This document shows, one piece after another, positions 38,001 through 49,760 of a DNA stretch of 64,000 nt. The notes beneath the pieces are model-generated. The model was not told where the DNA came from and searched no databases. It saw only the letters and a program-made list of their open reading frames with translations. A program made the translations under genes and the position numbers. The stretch comes from Amoebophrya sp. A120. Its lineage: Eukaryota; Protista; Dinoflagellata. Where the stretch lies: positions 293,874-357,873 of the forward strand of contig CAJINV010000023.1 in the NCBI GenBank assembly GCA_905178155.1, given 5' to 3'. Position 1 is the stretch's first letter. Each line of letters opens with the position of its first letter.

Positions 38001-41000
38001 CACCTTACCGACAATCTGCAAAATCGACGCGGAATATTACAAGCTGGGCAAGGTATGAAAATGAAAACGTGGTTTGGTTGCTGTTTTGTCATGCAGGAAT
38101 CATTCCCATTCACACCTAAAGTACTGGAAAACAAGAGGCTCATCATGATGCTGAAGGAAATCGCGAAATTACAGTTCGAAAAAATATTACTGATCCACCC
38201 ACGCCCTATTAAACACACCACAACAGAAAGAGCAAACCCAGTTGCTGATGAGTCCGAAGATCTGCACGTCGGTGGCCATTATGAACTGCAAAAGTATCGT
38301 ACTCGTACAATAAATGCATGACAAATTTCCTCAGCATGAGAAGTAAAATTTGTAAATGCGGGTTTGCCTTTAAAAAAAGATTTGTAATGCATGATCGCAA
38401 TACGAGTACGATGCTTTTGCAGTTGATAGCCATCGAGCTCCTCCTAGAGCGCCGCGCGGACCCGAACATGTTCGACGTGGTCGGGCAAACACCGTTATCC
38501 AATGCAAATATGTCTGCGTCAGGAAGAATGCAAGTTTGTCATGCTTGTGTCACATGGCTCTTGAACCTGTAATGCGTGAGCAGGAAAATAAAAGCCTCTT
38601 ACCTGTCATTGGTAAATGTAGTTTGTCATGCGTGGCTGCTTATTGCAATGCTCCAACAATTCATATCAAATTACCATCACAAGTTTCCAGACCCAGACAC
38701 ATTTCTTTGCACTGCATAGCCGTTATTTTTCCACGCAGGAAAGGATTTGGGCTTGGACAAGTTTGACTCGCAGAACTCCCGATCCGCGTTCTTTTCCGAC
38801 TCCAACTCTCAACCCGGATCGCCAACCGCAGGAGGGGGATCGTCCCCACGAAGCCCGAAATCCCCGAAGATGCTGCGCGGAACCGTTTTCGGCGAGCTGC
38901 AATTACGGCACGCCGCGGCGAACGAGAAGCGCGGGCAGTACCAGACGGAGTTACGGAAGAAGGACTACGCGACGGCCTTGGACAACGCCAGGGAGGCGCG
39001 CATGATCGTGAAGCAGCTGCTGATCAGCGGCGCGGACTGTAATCTGAAGGACAACGCGGGGCGGAGGGCAATTGACTTCGCGAAGTATCCTGAGTAAAAA
39101 TGTCCCCAACCCAGCAGAGTTGTGATGCAAAGCTGCATGCCAAAATAAAAAGTTTCTCATGCGGAGCCCCATGAGAACCATTTTGTAAGCCTGTTTTGGA
39201 ATTTGTGATGCTAGAATCAGCATGATATGCTACATCTATGATGCTTCGGAACTAGCTAAACAGGATTACACAACGAGGAGAAACTTGTCATGCGAAACAA
39301 CCAGAGGTGGCTGATTTGTGTAGCCGATTTTTCATCTTGACTCTGGTGTGGGGACATTTTTACTCAGGATACGAAGGACCCGGTGATCAAGCAGATGCTG
39401 CGGGTGGCGCAGGTCGAGAAGACGAAACTGTACGCTTTGGAGAGCATGAATCTGCAGATTTTGGAGCTGCGGGTCGAGGGGTTGCCGATGAACAAAGAGT
39501 ATCAACTGCAAATACGTCTGGTCCTGGAAACTTGCAATGCTGGGCCGGGATGAATAGTGAATCCTCTGTAATGCACAGCCAAGCATGAGAAATATGTGCG
39601 CTGCTTAGTGTTGCGCTTTCCGCAAGACAAGCTGCGTCGTTGCGAGACAAGTAAAAGGGTTTCTTCTTGGATACGCATCACAAACTCTTCAGTCATACTG
39701 GACAAGCATGACAAACCTTGCATCCTTTCAGACCCAGACATTTTTGCACTGCATAAAGGGCCGAAGTTTCTCATCGCACGGCTGGAGGATCTATCCACAG
39801 TAAGTTTCCCGTACACGTACAAATGCGGTTTCCGCATGACAAAACTTGGTTTCAATCCTAGTCCAGCATGACAAGTTGGGCTCTGCAAAGTTGGGCTCTG
39901 CAAGGTAGCGAAATTTGTCATGCATTTCGTACATGCACAGGAAATTTACATTGCATATGATCTGTTTCGAAAAATCGGGTTGTCGGTCATAAACAGGGAT
40001 GATATGAAACTGCACAATAAACTCTTCTTCCTTTCATTTGTACGGCATGAACAGCAACACAAACTGCAGCACATGTGGATTCTGTACATGAGAAATTCAT
40101 GCGCCTAGAAGTGTCGTTTTGTTTATTAAGCCGCTTCCGGAATCCGAGTCTGTCATGCAAACTGTGCCTTGACGAGGGAAGAGGAAGTGGTCAGCCTCAG
40201 CGCTATAGCCTTGGACTTTTGCATGACAAACGATGGGGGACGAGGGGTTGTGCAATCTCATAAATGATGACGACGACCCAGACGTGACCGACATTAGAAT
40301 CCCGGTCGGCAGCGTGGACCAGAAGCCGCTTGGGTAAGAACTTACTTACCATTTTATAAGCGAAATACGCATGAGAAAAGAGTGCACTGTAGTTCATCCA
40401 GCATGACAAATGAATCGACTTTTTTAAAATTACAAAAACGCAGGTACGCCATTGTGCGGCTGCAGAATCAGACTCCGAAGATATCCTGTGCAAGAAAAGT
40501 ATCGTACTCGTACAAATGCTAATGCAAGTCTTGCATTACAAATCTTGTTTCCAAGGAAAATCTGCATTACAAATTTTATTTCTCATGCTGAGGAAATTTG
40601 TAATGCATTTGTACGAGTTGCGACACTTGTTTTGCAGTTCATAGAAGAACCGCTTCAACGAGATTCAGGATGTGCTTGACCACTGCATGTTGTACAACGA
40701 AAAGACGTATCAAATGCAAACATGTCTGGGTCTGGAAACTTGTAATGCTGAGTTGTGAATAGTGAATTCTCTGTAATGCACAGCCAGGCATGGGAAATAT
40801 TTGCGCTGCTTAGTGTTGCGCTTTCCGCATGACAAACTGCGTTTTGCATAACAAGCAAAAGGGTCTCTTCTTGAGCACGCATCACAAACTCTTCAGTCAT
40901 GCCAGAAAAGCATGACAAACCTTGCAGCATTCCAAATCCAGACATATTTGCAATGCATAAGACGCTCACTTACCGCACGCGGGACAAGTTCCTCGAGGAC

Positions 41001-41408
41001 ATCACGCTCACCGAGGATCTGAGTCTGTCGCACCTCTCCAAAAATGGTATGCAATGCAAAAGCATCGTGCAACTCGTAGTTGTAATGGCAGGCATGCATT
41101 ACAAATCCAGATTTCAAGGTAAATCCGCATTACAAATGACATTTGTAATGCTGAGCAAATTTGTAATGCAATCCATACTAAGTAGTACGAGACTTTTGCA
41201 ATGCATAACCGGCAACGCGCAGCAAAATGAAGTCGCCCCCGGCTGGAAGCTGGTCCTGCTGAACGGGCGACAAATCTCGCACCTCCCCCTCAGCGAAATT
41301 ATGGCGGAATTAGGGCGGATGAAGGAGAAGCAGAAGGTTTTCATCGAGGTCAGAAACCCCAAGCCGCTCGGCAGAATGCGGATCTTCGTCGAGACGCACT
41401 TCGAGTGA
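32041..41408 (+). CDS. Ankyrin-repeat protein with a C-terminal PDZ-like domain; about 28 exons
   Basis: Manual splicing restores ankyrin repeats across junctions (QNTPFLCAA, GNTALHLSV, GWTP-VFLAV, GNTPLHL-ACQY, GRTPLHIAC, GWTPLLCAANE-GH, GQTP-LFF) and a PDZ-like tail (KN-GNAQQNEVAPGWKLVLLNGRQI). There are 19 DR/TIR introns, 6 GT-AG introns (32896-33095, 34222-34356, 35928-36100, 36475-37447, 39800-39940, 40334-40443) and 2 short uncertain ones. Confidence 0.9.
32159..32437 (+). mobile_element. Non-canonical intron / introner with about 55-bp TIR
   Basis: DR TTGA; TIR GTCAGGATTGAAATCGTCAAAGTTGAAAT / ATTTCAACTTTGTCGATTTCAAACCTGAC; join ATDL-IFDL. Confidence 0.85.
32590..32745 (+). mobile_element. 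Non-canonical intron / introner, family B
   Basis: DR CGGGA; join FLLG-KQVS. Confidence 0.9.
33161..33315 (+). mobile_element. Non-canonical intron / introner, family B
   Basis: DR CCGAC; join AKAD-IANA. Confidence 0.9.
33362..33638 (+). mobile_element. Non-canonical intron / introner, family A
   Basis: DR CCTCG/GCTCG; join TPLHL-ACQY. Confidence 0.9.
33921..34140 (+). mobile_element. Non-canonical intron / introner
   Basis: DR GATGA; join EWAVM-NGHY. Confidence 0.9.
34653..34920 (+). mobile_element. Non-canonical intron / introner, family A
   Basis: DR ACGAG; join CAANE-GHY. Confidence 0.92.
34945..35141 (+). mobile_element. Non-canonical intron / introner
   Basis: TIR TATCCAAGAAAAAAACG / CGTTTTTTTCTTGGATA; DR CGTG; join TCAC-ILKH. 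Confidence 0.9.
35233..35561 (+). mobile_element. Non-canonical intron / introner, family D
   Basis: DR GCCAA; TIR AAAATCCCCC / GGGGGATTTT; join VLQP-NFEN. Confidence 0.85.
35625..35783 (+). mobile_element. Non-canonical intron / introner, family B
   Basis: DR CCGGA; join VLIR-IFAD. Confidence 0.9.
36160..36383 (+). mobile_element. Degenerate non-canonical intron
   Basis: TIR remnant GGGAAAATTT / AAATTTTCCC; DR CACA; join QRSH-FRKR. Confidence 0.6.
37652..37914 (+). mobile_element. Non-canonical intron / introner, family A
   Basis: DR TGACA/CGACA; join LTGD-KKGD. Confidence 0.88.
38279..38432 (+). mobile_element. Non-canonical intron / introner, family B
   Basis: DR GCCAT; join SVA-IELLL. 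Confidence 0.9.
38495..38722 (+). mobile_element. Non-canonical intron / introner, family A
   Basis: DR ACCGT/GCCGT; join GQTP-LFFH. Confidence 0.88.
39085..39375 (+). mobile_element. Non-canonical intron / introner, family C
   Basis: DR CGAAG; TIR TATCCTGAGTAAAAATGTCCCCA / TGGGGACATTTTTACTCAGGATA; join DFAK-DPVI. Confidence 0.92.
39499..39759 (+). mobile_element. Non-canonical intron / introner, family A
   Basis: DR AAGAG/AAGGG; close relative of 40707-40963. Confidence 0.85.
40002..40266 (+). mobile_element. Non-canonical intron / introner
   Basis: TIR TATGAAACTGCACAA / TTGTGCAATCTCATA; DR GATGA/AATGA; join INRD-DDDD. Confidence 0.8.
40481..40647 (+). mobile_element. Non-canonical intron / introner, family B
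   Basis: DR GAAGA; join QTPK-NRFN. Confidence 0.9.
40707..40963 (+). mobile_element. Non-canonical intron / introner, family A
   Basis: DR AGACG; join NEKT-LTYR. Confidence 0.9.
41047..41211 (+). mobile_element. Non-canonical intron / introner, family B
   Basis: TIR TATGCAATGCAAAAG / CTTTTGCAATGCATA; degenerate DR AATGG/ACCGG; join SKN-GNAQ. Confidence 0.85.
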
Positions 41409-43154
41409 AGCAGTTGCTGTACCCTCGACAACTGATAGGTAAAGTAGGGTCTTTTAATTCGACGAAAGAAAACGAAAGCCAAGAATTTAGTACTACTCCG
41501 TGTACAATGTAGTTCTTTCGTGAAGAAGATAGGCGAGCCTGATACCTTCAGGCTAGGAAGAATTTATTGACACTCGAAAAAATTGTACGATACTTGCTTA
41601 GCACAAGTGTGGAGATATAGTAGCACTACCTGACGTCGGATCACTCCAAAATGTACAACCTGACTCTGCGTTTTACTTTTTGTGTCTCTTAACTACATTT
41701 GAATTGCCGTATTGTTTCCATAATCTAACCGTGTTTCTAGTAGCCTGTGAATTCGATTTTAGCTATTAAACTTCGTATAGTAAAAGCGTCTGTAGTCACA
41801 TCAACCCGCACGTTGATGATATGGCTTGGACCTGTCCGTGGTGTTATCTATCATTTGACTCCGACCGTTTGAATTATTCGACAAAATATTTCTGACAAAA
41901 GTATCAAAAGCTACAAGTAGGTACTATCGATTGCCAATTTTTTTCTGCCGAATTTGAAACAAAGTAGTGTTTTGTGTTGCCAATTATCATGTAAAAGTGC
42001 GAAGAAAAGTCCGCATGCGCAGCGGACCGCTTTTGGTGCAGGTCATGCACAAAAAGCTGACAAATATTTATCCGTCCTATTCTAACGTTTCTTAACAACA
42101 ACTATAGGTAGCAACTCTTTTGTCTTGATTGAATTTCGACTCTTCTTGTATTTATTACCGTGCTTAGCTCGATATTGGAGCCAGTTGTGATCTCTTTTGG
42201 AAACTATTTCGCGAACCTGTATAGTATGACGACATCGATGGCAAGTTGAGCTCTCGTTTCAAAGAGCATTGTACATATTGCATTGATAAAAAGAAAAATG
42301 AAACCTAGTCGACCTGTTATTCTGATGTCGAACAGGCCTCATAAAGTTGTCAGTGGCTTCCGAAACAAAAACTATCGTTCCTGTTCGCCTCTCACCACAG
42401 CATTGCGATCTCATGAAATTACGTGTTTCGATTTTTTTGCTTTGTCCCTTCGTTGTCATGCTGGTAGTTTCCTGATCCGCCTGATGTCGCTTTTGATATT
42501 TTTACAGAGATTGATGGTTCATTTGGTTTTGGAAGATCCTTTTAGTACATTTTTCACAAAGAAGGCGAAACGCAAACGGATCAGAATCCTTTAGTGTGCA
42601 GATCAAAAGAATTATGGGTGGTCCTCCGGCGAATTAAACGCGTAGGATAGATTTCCGTCCTTCCGCTGGTGTTAAGCACGTACCAGCAGATCATGCACAG
42701 TTTTTCTTTTTGTTTTTTCGTCAATCACGATAAAAATGATTTTCCTCTAGGCTTGCGCTTGTGAAGTAAGACATACAAAAGTGAGCAAGTGTCTGAGCTT
42801 GTGGGTACTTCGTTTTGAGTTTTTTCTGCGAAAAATCTAAAGATGCGACAAGAACTCTTCTCCGCTGTGACAGCGCCTGTATAAGGCCGTCAGAAATAAA
42901 CGCAGTGTACGACGGGGCCGCTGACGCGTCTAGGCGGCATCCTGTTGTGAAAGAAGCCAGAAGTAAATGAATTTGGGCAGCTCTTCCTGTGCCTTTTTGC
43001 CGTAATCGTCGAGCCGTGAAAATTGAAAGGCATTACATTATGTGTAGTTAAAGATGCCAAGAAAAAACCGGTCCGGCAAAAATGTTGATCACGACCAATC
43101 GCTGCGACCAGAGATTATCCCAAATTGGGGTGCTTCACGACGACTAGCGTGAAG

Positions 43155-46100
43155 ATGATGAGCGGTCACGAGCATCATAGAGCGATGTCTATTGAAAAAT
43201 GCTCGAGTGTATGCACATCGCCTCCGCGGGCCGTCCGGACGAACACGGGCAACGAAGGTGGTGGTACGGCGGCGACCTCCCCGGCGGCGGTTACCGCGGT
43301 GGACAAGGTCGGTTTGGCCGTGGCCCCCACTTGCACTTTTATTGCGCCGAATAAAAGCAGCGGAGGTCTAGGTCGTGTTGGCGGACGCGCTACCGTGGAC
43401 GAGGAGATGAGGATAGAAAACGCAGAGATGATGCCCGAATCGATGAAGGGCATGATGAAGAAGAGATGGAAAGCCAGAAGATTATCGCTTCTGCCCTGTG
43501 GTACCATGAAGGTCATCAAGGTGGTCGACTACTTCGAGGATTCCGCCTCCGTTACCAGGACCAGCACAACCAACGAGAGTTCATTGCGTCTACCTGCTTT
43601 TCATCGTGCATACCAACCGCGAGGCATTTCAGCAGAAGAGCAAGAGCGCGTTAGCCAAGTTCTTCGAGATGGCGGAGGTGGCCCACACCACTGCCCCGCC
43701 AGGCCAAGAGCATGTCGCAGGAGCTGTTGCAGTGCCACGACTCGAGCAGGACAACGTTTCGGTGCGGCAGCGGCGACTGCTTCATCTTTGCCACGCAGGG
43801 CGTGTAGCTCGTCGTCACGGGGAGGTGGAATTCCGCGGTGTCAACAACATCCTGGGAGCTGGAGTATCAAATACCGAAAACTGATCGCGCAAGAACGCGT
43901 TACAAAGTACGCGTGCGTAGCGTCGTCTACATTCTTAAAGCATGACGAGAAAAAGAAAACACAGTGCGACGACATGGGCTTTGTGTATGGGTGTGTGGTC
44001 GCCGACGTGGCGGTTTTTCATTCGTTAAGTGTAAGAACCAGAGGTGGCATGTTCTTTGACATTTTCTGCTCGTCCACCAGCAAGTTTTCGATTCCATATC
44101 ACCACTGCATAGATGTTTGCTGCTCTTGCTCACCGTGCAGTGGTACGACATCACAGACTTCTTGTTCTGCCCTTTTGCACCACCATCGCGGGGGCCGTGG
44201 GGAGATGAGGACATGAGCTGCACTTCATCGAGACCTTCGACTGCTGCGTCGACACGACCCGCAACTACAAGGCACGACCAGGGCGAAGATGATCATCTCC
44301 AAGGAGAGTTGTGCGTAGTTGGTCGTGCTAGAACTACAACTACGAAACTCCTCCCGCGGAGGAATACCGACATCACACGACCACCTTCGACAACGACATC
44401 AGCCTGCTCGTATAGTAACACCTTCGGTGCAGCAGGAGCACACGCTATAACGCTCACTCGCCTCGGACACCGGGTGCAGATGAAGACCAAGCTTCAGCCA
44501 CGCGGCGTGGGAGCTGCGCGTGCCGCAGCTGCGAAGAGCAGCAGAGAAGGAAGTGCTACAGGTGGTCGTGGTGGAGGCACGACGATGAGGACGGCCGCAG
44601 GAGCATCAAATTCAGGGTCACCCGGGCGGAGGAAGGACAAGGACTCGTCGTCGTCGTCCGACAAGGCCAAAAATCCAGCGCCCTCGAAAAATAAAACGAA
44701 CCCGGCTGCTGTAGTGCCCATGGAGGTCGTCGACGATCAGCTGCTATCCCGTGAAAAATTTCACAAATTTAATGCAAAATAAAGGATGATCGCAGACATG
44801 CATGACAGATTTGGATCTCGTGTTTTGCATTCTGGTTTTTATTTGGTATCAGTACGTAGCAAAATAACACGCGAGTTTACGATTTTATTCTGGAGGAAGG
44901 TAGTTTTTTCAGCTCCAGTGAATTTTTCCTCCTGTACCTCTTCGAATCTCGAGCTTGTTAAAACAAACTTTTTGCGATGCATAGCGGCAGGACACCAGTA
45001 AATCTTCTTCGTTGACAAGCACCACACCCTCTTCCAGCTTCAAAAGCCCCAGCATCGTGCCGACTGCTGTAGCCGTGGCAGCTCCTGTTGGGCGAGAGGA
45101 GCTACCGCAGAAAACCTCGCAGCAACCGAACCTATTGGCGGCCAACAACAACGGCGTCAAAGGCCGCGAGTCATCTGGCGGGTCTACTGCTGCTGTTTCC
45201 TCCTCCTGTGACGCATCTTGCAAGTCGGACGAGAGCGGCAGTCGACATCATCTACCAGGCGGAGGTATGATCCAAAAAAGAGACGTGTGATCATGTCGGT
45301 GCAGCTTTTTAGGTATTGAGATTGACTTTAGAGGAGCATATTAAGCGTAAGATAAATAAAGTAGTGCTGCTGTTTCTTGGCATCAAGACAAAAAGCTGTC
45401 ATGCGCATCACAACAGCGGTGTGGTTGGCATTGGCCTATGTTGTTGGCATATAATGATGAGTACGAGTAAATAGATTGACAGTGACACACGTTCCTTTTG
45501 CCATACGGGGCCCTGCCACCAACGTGGGCTGTGCTGGTGGAAACAGAAGCGCAGACGGCAGCTGCTCGTCGCTGTCCAAGTTGGCCTCGAGCTTTTGCCG
45601 GTGTTTTCGCAAGAAGAGCTCCGGGCTGTCGAGTGGTGATCAACATGTGTCGCCCTCTCCAGCTGCAGTCGATAATTATGAGCAGCACGTGGAGGAAGCA
45701 AACGTCGTCTCCCCCCCGCGGGCCTCTGGTCATCGTCCACCAAGCCGCGGGCTACAAGGCGCCCCCGAGGATGGTGCTGCAGCAACCGGTGGAGCCGCCG
45801 TTGTGCCAGATGGAGAAACGACTAGTACGGCACGAGGACCTGGAGGTGCAGCAGCAGGGCCAGGGGACCTGCAAGCAGGAGGAATTGCAGGACGAGCAGC
45901 AGGATCCTCTCCGAAAGCAGGACGTCGGGATGAAAGCATGAAATATCAAATGCAAAAATGTCTGGGTCTGGAAACTTGTGATGCTGTGTGGCGTATCATG
46001 AGGAGGCCACAATTGCGGGCTCAGCATGACAAGTTCCTGAGCCTCTAGGTGTTGCCTATTCCGCATGACAAACTACTTCTGTGCATGACAGAAAAGTTGG

Positions 46101-46650
46101 GCTCTTTGGTAATGTGCATGACAGATTTAAGAATCATGCCAGACAAGCATGACAAACTTGCATTCTTCCAGACCCAGACATTTTTACATTTGATATGAAA
46201 AGCGCCAGCGCAATCGTCGAGGAAGAGATGAACCCTTTTCACGAGGTATCAAATGTAAAAATGTCTGGGTCTGGAAGAATGCAACTTGTGATGCTGCATT
46301 TGGATTCCAAAAAAAACTGTATTGCATGAGTACCAAAGGGAATGTAATTTTTGCTACGCGGAAAGGGCATTTGTCATGCGGAATAGGCATCAAGAAGCTC
46401 TCCAAAAATCTGTGATGCTAGGGCATGCATCACAGACATCAGGGCTCATGCAAAACGTGCATGACAAGTGTCAGAATCTTCCAGACCCAGACATTTTTGC
46501 ATTTGTTACGAGGTGGAGGCCACGGCAATCACGAAATCTGCGACCGCTGGTCAAACGCTAGGGGATAAAGAACATCCCACGGAACAGGACGACGCTGCTG
46601 TTGCAATGTCGGTGACGGAGGAAAGTCGAGTCTCGCAAGATATGATGTGA
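43155..46650 (+). CDS. Low-complexity S/T/A/G-rich hypothetical protein, multi-exon (5' part unresolved)
   Basis: From about 44117 onward, removing 44744-44987, 45265-45482 (GT-AG), 45943-46199 and 46246-46512 gives one frame ending SQDMM*. The link to the 43125 ORF is not resolved. Confidence 0.6.
44744..44987 (+). mobile_element. Degenerate non-canonical intron
   Basis: TAT...ATA ends; DR GCTGC/GCGGC; join DDQL-QDTS in frame with the 45012 ORF. Confidence 0.7.
45943..46199 (+). mobile_element. Non-canonical intron / introner, family A
   Basis: DR TGAAA; near-perfect 30-bp TIR. Confidence 0.9.
46246..46512 (+). mobile_element. Introner, family A, with GT-AG ends supplied by its direct repeat
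   Basis: DR CGAGG; join PFHE-VEAT. Confidence 0.9.
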
Positions 46651-46778
46651 ACAAAAATGTGCCTGCTCGTAACTTTGACTTTTTCTACTTCAATAACCGG
46701 AATTCTAGAACAAAATGAGGATTTGTAACTGCTAATCTGCATGGTATGATGAGTTTCCAGATTGAAAAAATTGACAAA

Positions 46779-49760
46779 CATGTGCGGCTGTGAGCCTGGT
46801 GTCTCATGTCTCATGTCTTGGACCCGTGTCATGACATGAGGACACGAACATGGACATGACACGGCCGATTTGATGTCCATGTCTTCGTGTCCCGACATCC
46901 CAAGCCAGGACATGAGACATGAGACATGGCCAATGTTCATGCTCATGTCCCATGTCCGCGACACGAGACACGAGACATGAGACATGGGCATCCGCGGCTG
47001 ACTCTGGTCCAGACCAGAAGACATGAGACATGGGACATGGCGTTCTCATGTCTCATGTCTCGGGTCCCAAGACATGAGACATGAGACATGGCCATCCGCG
47101 GCCGACTCTGGTCCAGACCGGAAGACATGAGACATGAGACATGGGACGTGGCGTTCTCATGTCTCATGTCTCATGTCTGGGGTCTCAAGTAAGACATGAG
47201 ACATGGCCATCTGCGGCCGACTCTGATCCAGACCGGAAGACATGAGACATGAGACATGGCGTCCCCATGTCTCATGTCTCATGTCTCGTGTCCCAAGACA
47301 TGAGACATGAGACATGAGACATGAGACATGGCCATCTGCGGCCGACTCTGGTCCAGACCGGAAGACATGAGACATGGGACATGGCGTTCTCATGTCTCAT
47401 GTCTTGTGTCCCAAGACATGAGACATGGGACATGGCCATCCGCGGCCGACTCTGGTCCAGACCGGAAGACATGAGACATGGGACACGGCGTTCTCATGTC
47501 TCATGTCTCATGTCTCGTGTCTCAAGACATGAGACATGAGACATGGCCATCCGCGGCCGACTCTGGTCCAGACCGGAAGACATGAGACATGAGACATGAG
47601 ACATGGGACATGGCGTTCTCATGTCTCATGTCTTGTGTCTCGTGTCCCAAGACATGAGACATGAGACACGGCCATCCGCGGCCGACTCTGGCTAAGGCCG
47701 GAAGACATGAGACATGGGGCATGGCGTCCCCATGTCTCATGTCTCGTGTCCCAAGACACAAGACACGAGACATGACCGCCCGCGGCCGACTCTGCTCCAG
47801 GCCGGAAGACATGAGACATGGGGCATGATGTTCTCATGTCTCATGTCTCGTGTCTCAAGACACAAGACATGGGCATCCTTGGCTGACTCTGGTCCAGGCC
47901 GGAAGACATGAGACGTGAGACATGGGGCATGGTGTTCCTATGTCGCATGTCTTGTGTCTCGTGTCCCAAGACATGAGACATGGGACACGACCGTCCGCGG
48001 CCGACTCTGGTTCAGGCCGGAAGACATGAGACATGGGGCATGGCGTTCTCATGTTTCGTCCTGGGATGTCGGGAATGGGACACTGGGCACAAAACACCCA
48101 CCCCCCCCTAGGCCTAGGTAGCCGCGCGCTCAGGTTGCGGGTTTGCCTATGGTTGTCTTCTTGTCCCATTTCATCAACCAAAGCAACCAAACCTCAACCA
48201 ACCCACACGAAGTGCCGCCACCAGACCATCCGGCCGCGAGCGACCGATGCTGCCCCAAGCTGCAGTTGGCTCATCTGGCCGCCCCCGACCAGACGACTCG
48301 TGCAGCTGCTGGCCCGAGCCGCCGCTGGCTCGTCTGGCCGCGCCGCCCCTGACTCGGAGGTCGCCGCTAGCCCGCGGGCCTCGTGCCGCCGCTGACCCGA
48401 GCCGCCGCTGGCTCGTCTGGCCGCCCCTGACCCGACGGCCCGTGCCGCCGCTGGCCCGAGCCGCTGGCGCATCGTGGGCCGCCGCTGGCTCGTCTGACCG
48501 CCCCTGACTCGGAGGCCGCCGCTAACCCGAGGGCCTCGTGCCGCCGCTGACCCGAGCCGCCGCTGGCTCGTCTGGCCGCCCCTGACCCGACGGCTCGCGC
48601 CGCCGCTGGCCCGGGCCGCTGGCGCATCGTGGGCCACCGCTGGCTCGTCTGACCGTCCGCCCCTGACTCGGAGGCCGCCGCTAACCCGAGGGCCTCGCGC
48701 CGCCGCTGACCGCGTGCCGCCGCTGACTCGAGCCGAGGGCCTCGTGCCGCCGCTGACGCGTGCCGCCGCTGACCCGAGCCGCTACTGGCTCGTCTCATGG
48801 GATGTCATGCGCCACGTCTCATGTCTCGTGTCCTGGGACGCGAGACATGGGACACGGACACACGGCGATGTCATGCCCCATGTCTCATGTCTCGAGACAC
48901 GAGTCACATGGGACACGAGACACGAGACATGGGTCACGGACACGGCGAAGTCATGTCCCATGTCCTGAGACATGGGACATGGGACACGGCGAAGTCATGT
49001 CTCATGTCTCATGTCCTGGGACACGAGACATGGGACACGGCGAAGTCATGTCTCATGTCTCATGTCCTGGGACGCGAGACATGGGACATGGGGCATGGGA
49101 CACGGCGAGGTCATGTCCTGTGTCTCATGTCTCATGTCCTGGGACACGAGACATGGGACACGGCGAAGTCATGCTCATGTCTCACGTCTCGTGTCCTGAG
49201 ACACGAGACATGGGACATGGGACGCGGCGATGTCATGTCCCGTGTCTCATGTCTCATGTCCTGGGACACGAGACACGAGACATGGGACACGGCGAAGTCA
49301 TGTCTCATGTCTCATGTCCTGAGACGCGAGACATGGGACATGGGACACGGCGATGTCATGTCCCGTGTCTCATGTCTCATGTCCTGGGACACGAGACATG
49401 GGACATGGGACACGGCGATGTCATGTCCCGTGTCTCATGTCTCATGTCCTGGGACACGAGACATGAGACATGGGACACGGCGATGTCATGTCCCATGTCT
49501 CATGTCCTGTGTCCTACAGCCTCAGCCAGAAAGTGTGGCGGATGGCCATGTCTCATGTCTCATGTCATGACTTTCGGGTCCACCAAGACATGAGACATGG
49601 GACATGAGCAGGGCATGTTCCTCTGACCCAGGGCCGGTACGTGTCGGGACACGAAGACATGGACATCAAATCGGCCGTGTCATGTCCATGTTCGTGTCCT
49701 CATGTCATGACACGGGTCCAAGACATGAGACATGAGACACCAGGCTCACAGCCGCACATA
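46779..49760. mobile_element. Foldback-like non-autonomous TIR element (about 2.98 kb) built from CATGAGA heptamer arrays
   Basis: 46780-46897 is the reverse complement of 49642-49759 (about 118 bp). Interior: heptamer-rich higher-order units, a short unique core and GC-rich repeats at 48310-48795. No clear TSD. Confidence 0.85.

Noticed and set aside
32590-41211. CRISPR-like pattern of recurrent ~30-nt repeats with unique spacers
   Set aside because: The repeats are inverted pairs with irregular spacing, the spacers are exons, there are no cas genes and the context is eukaryotic.
43864-44102. Possible introner (TATCAAATACCGAAAACT / AGTTTTCGATTCCATA)
   Set aside because: No convincing direct repeat, and the standard register did not give a frame that continues to the downstream exons.
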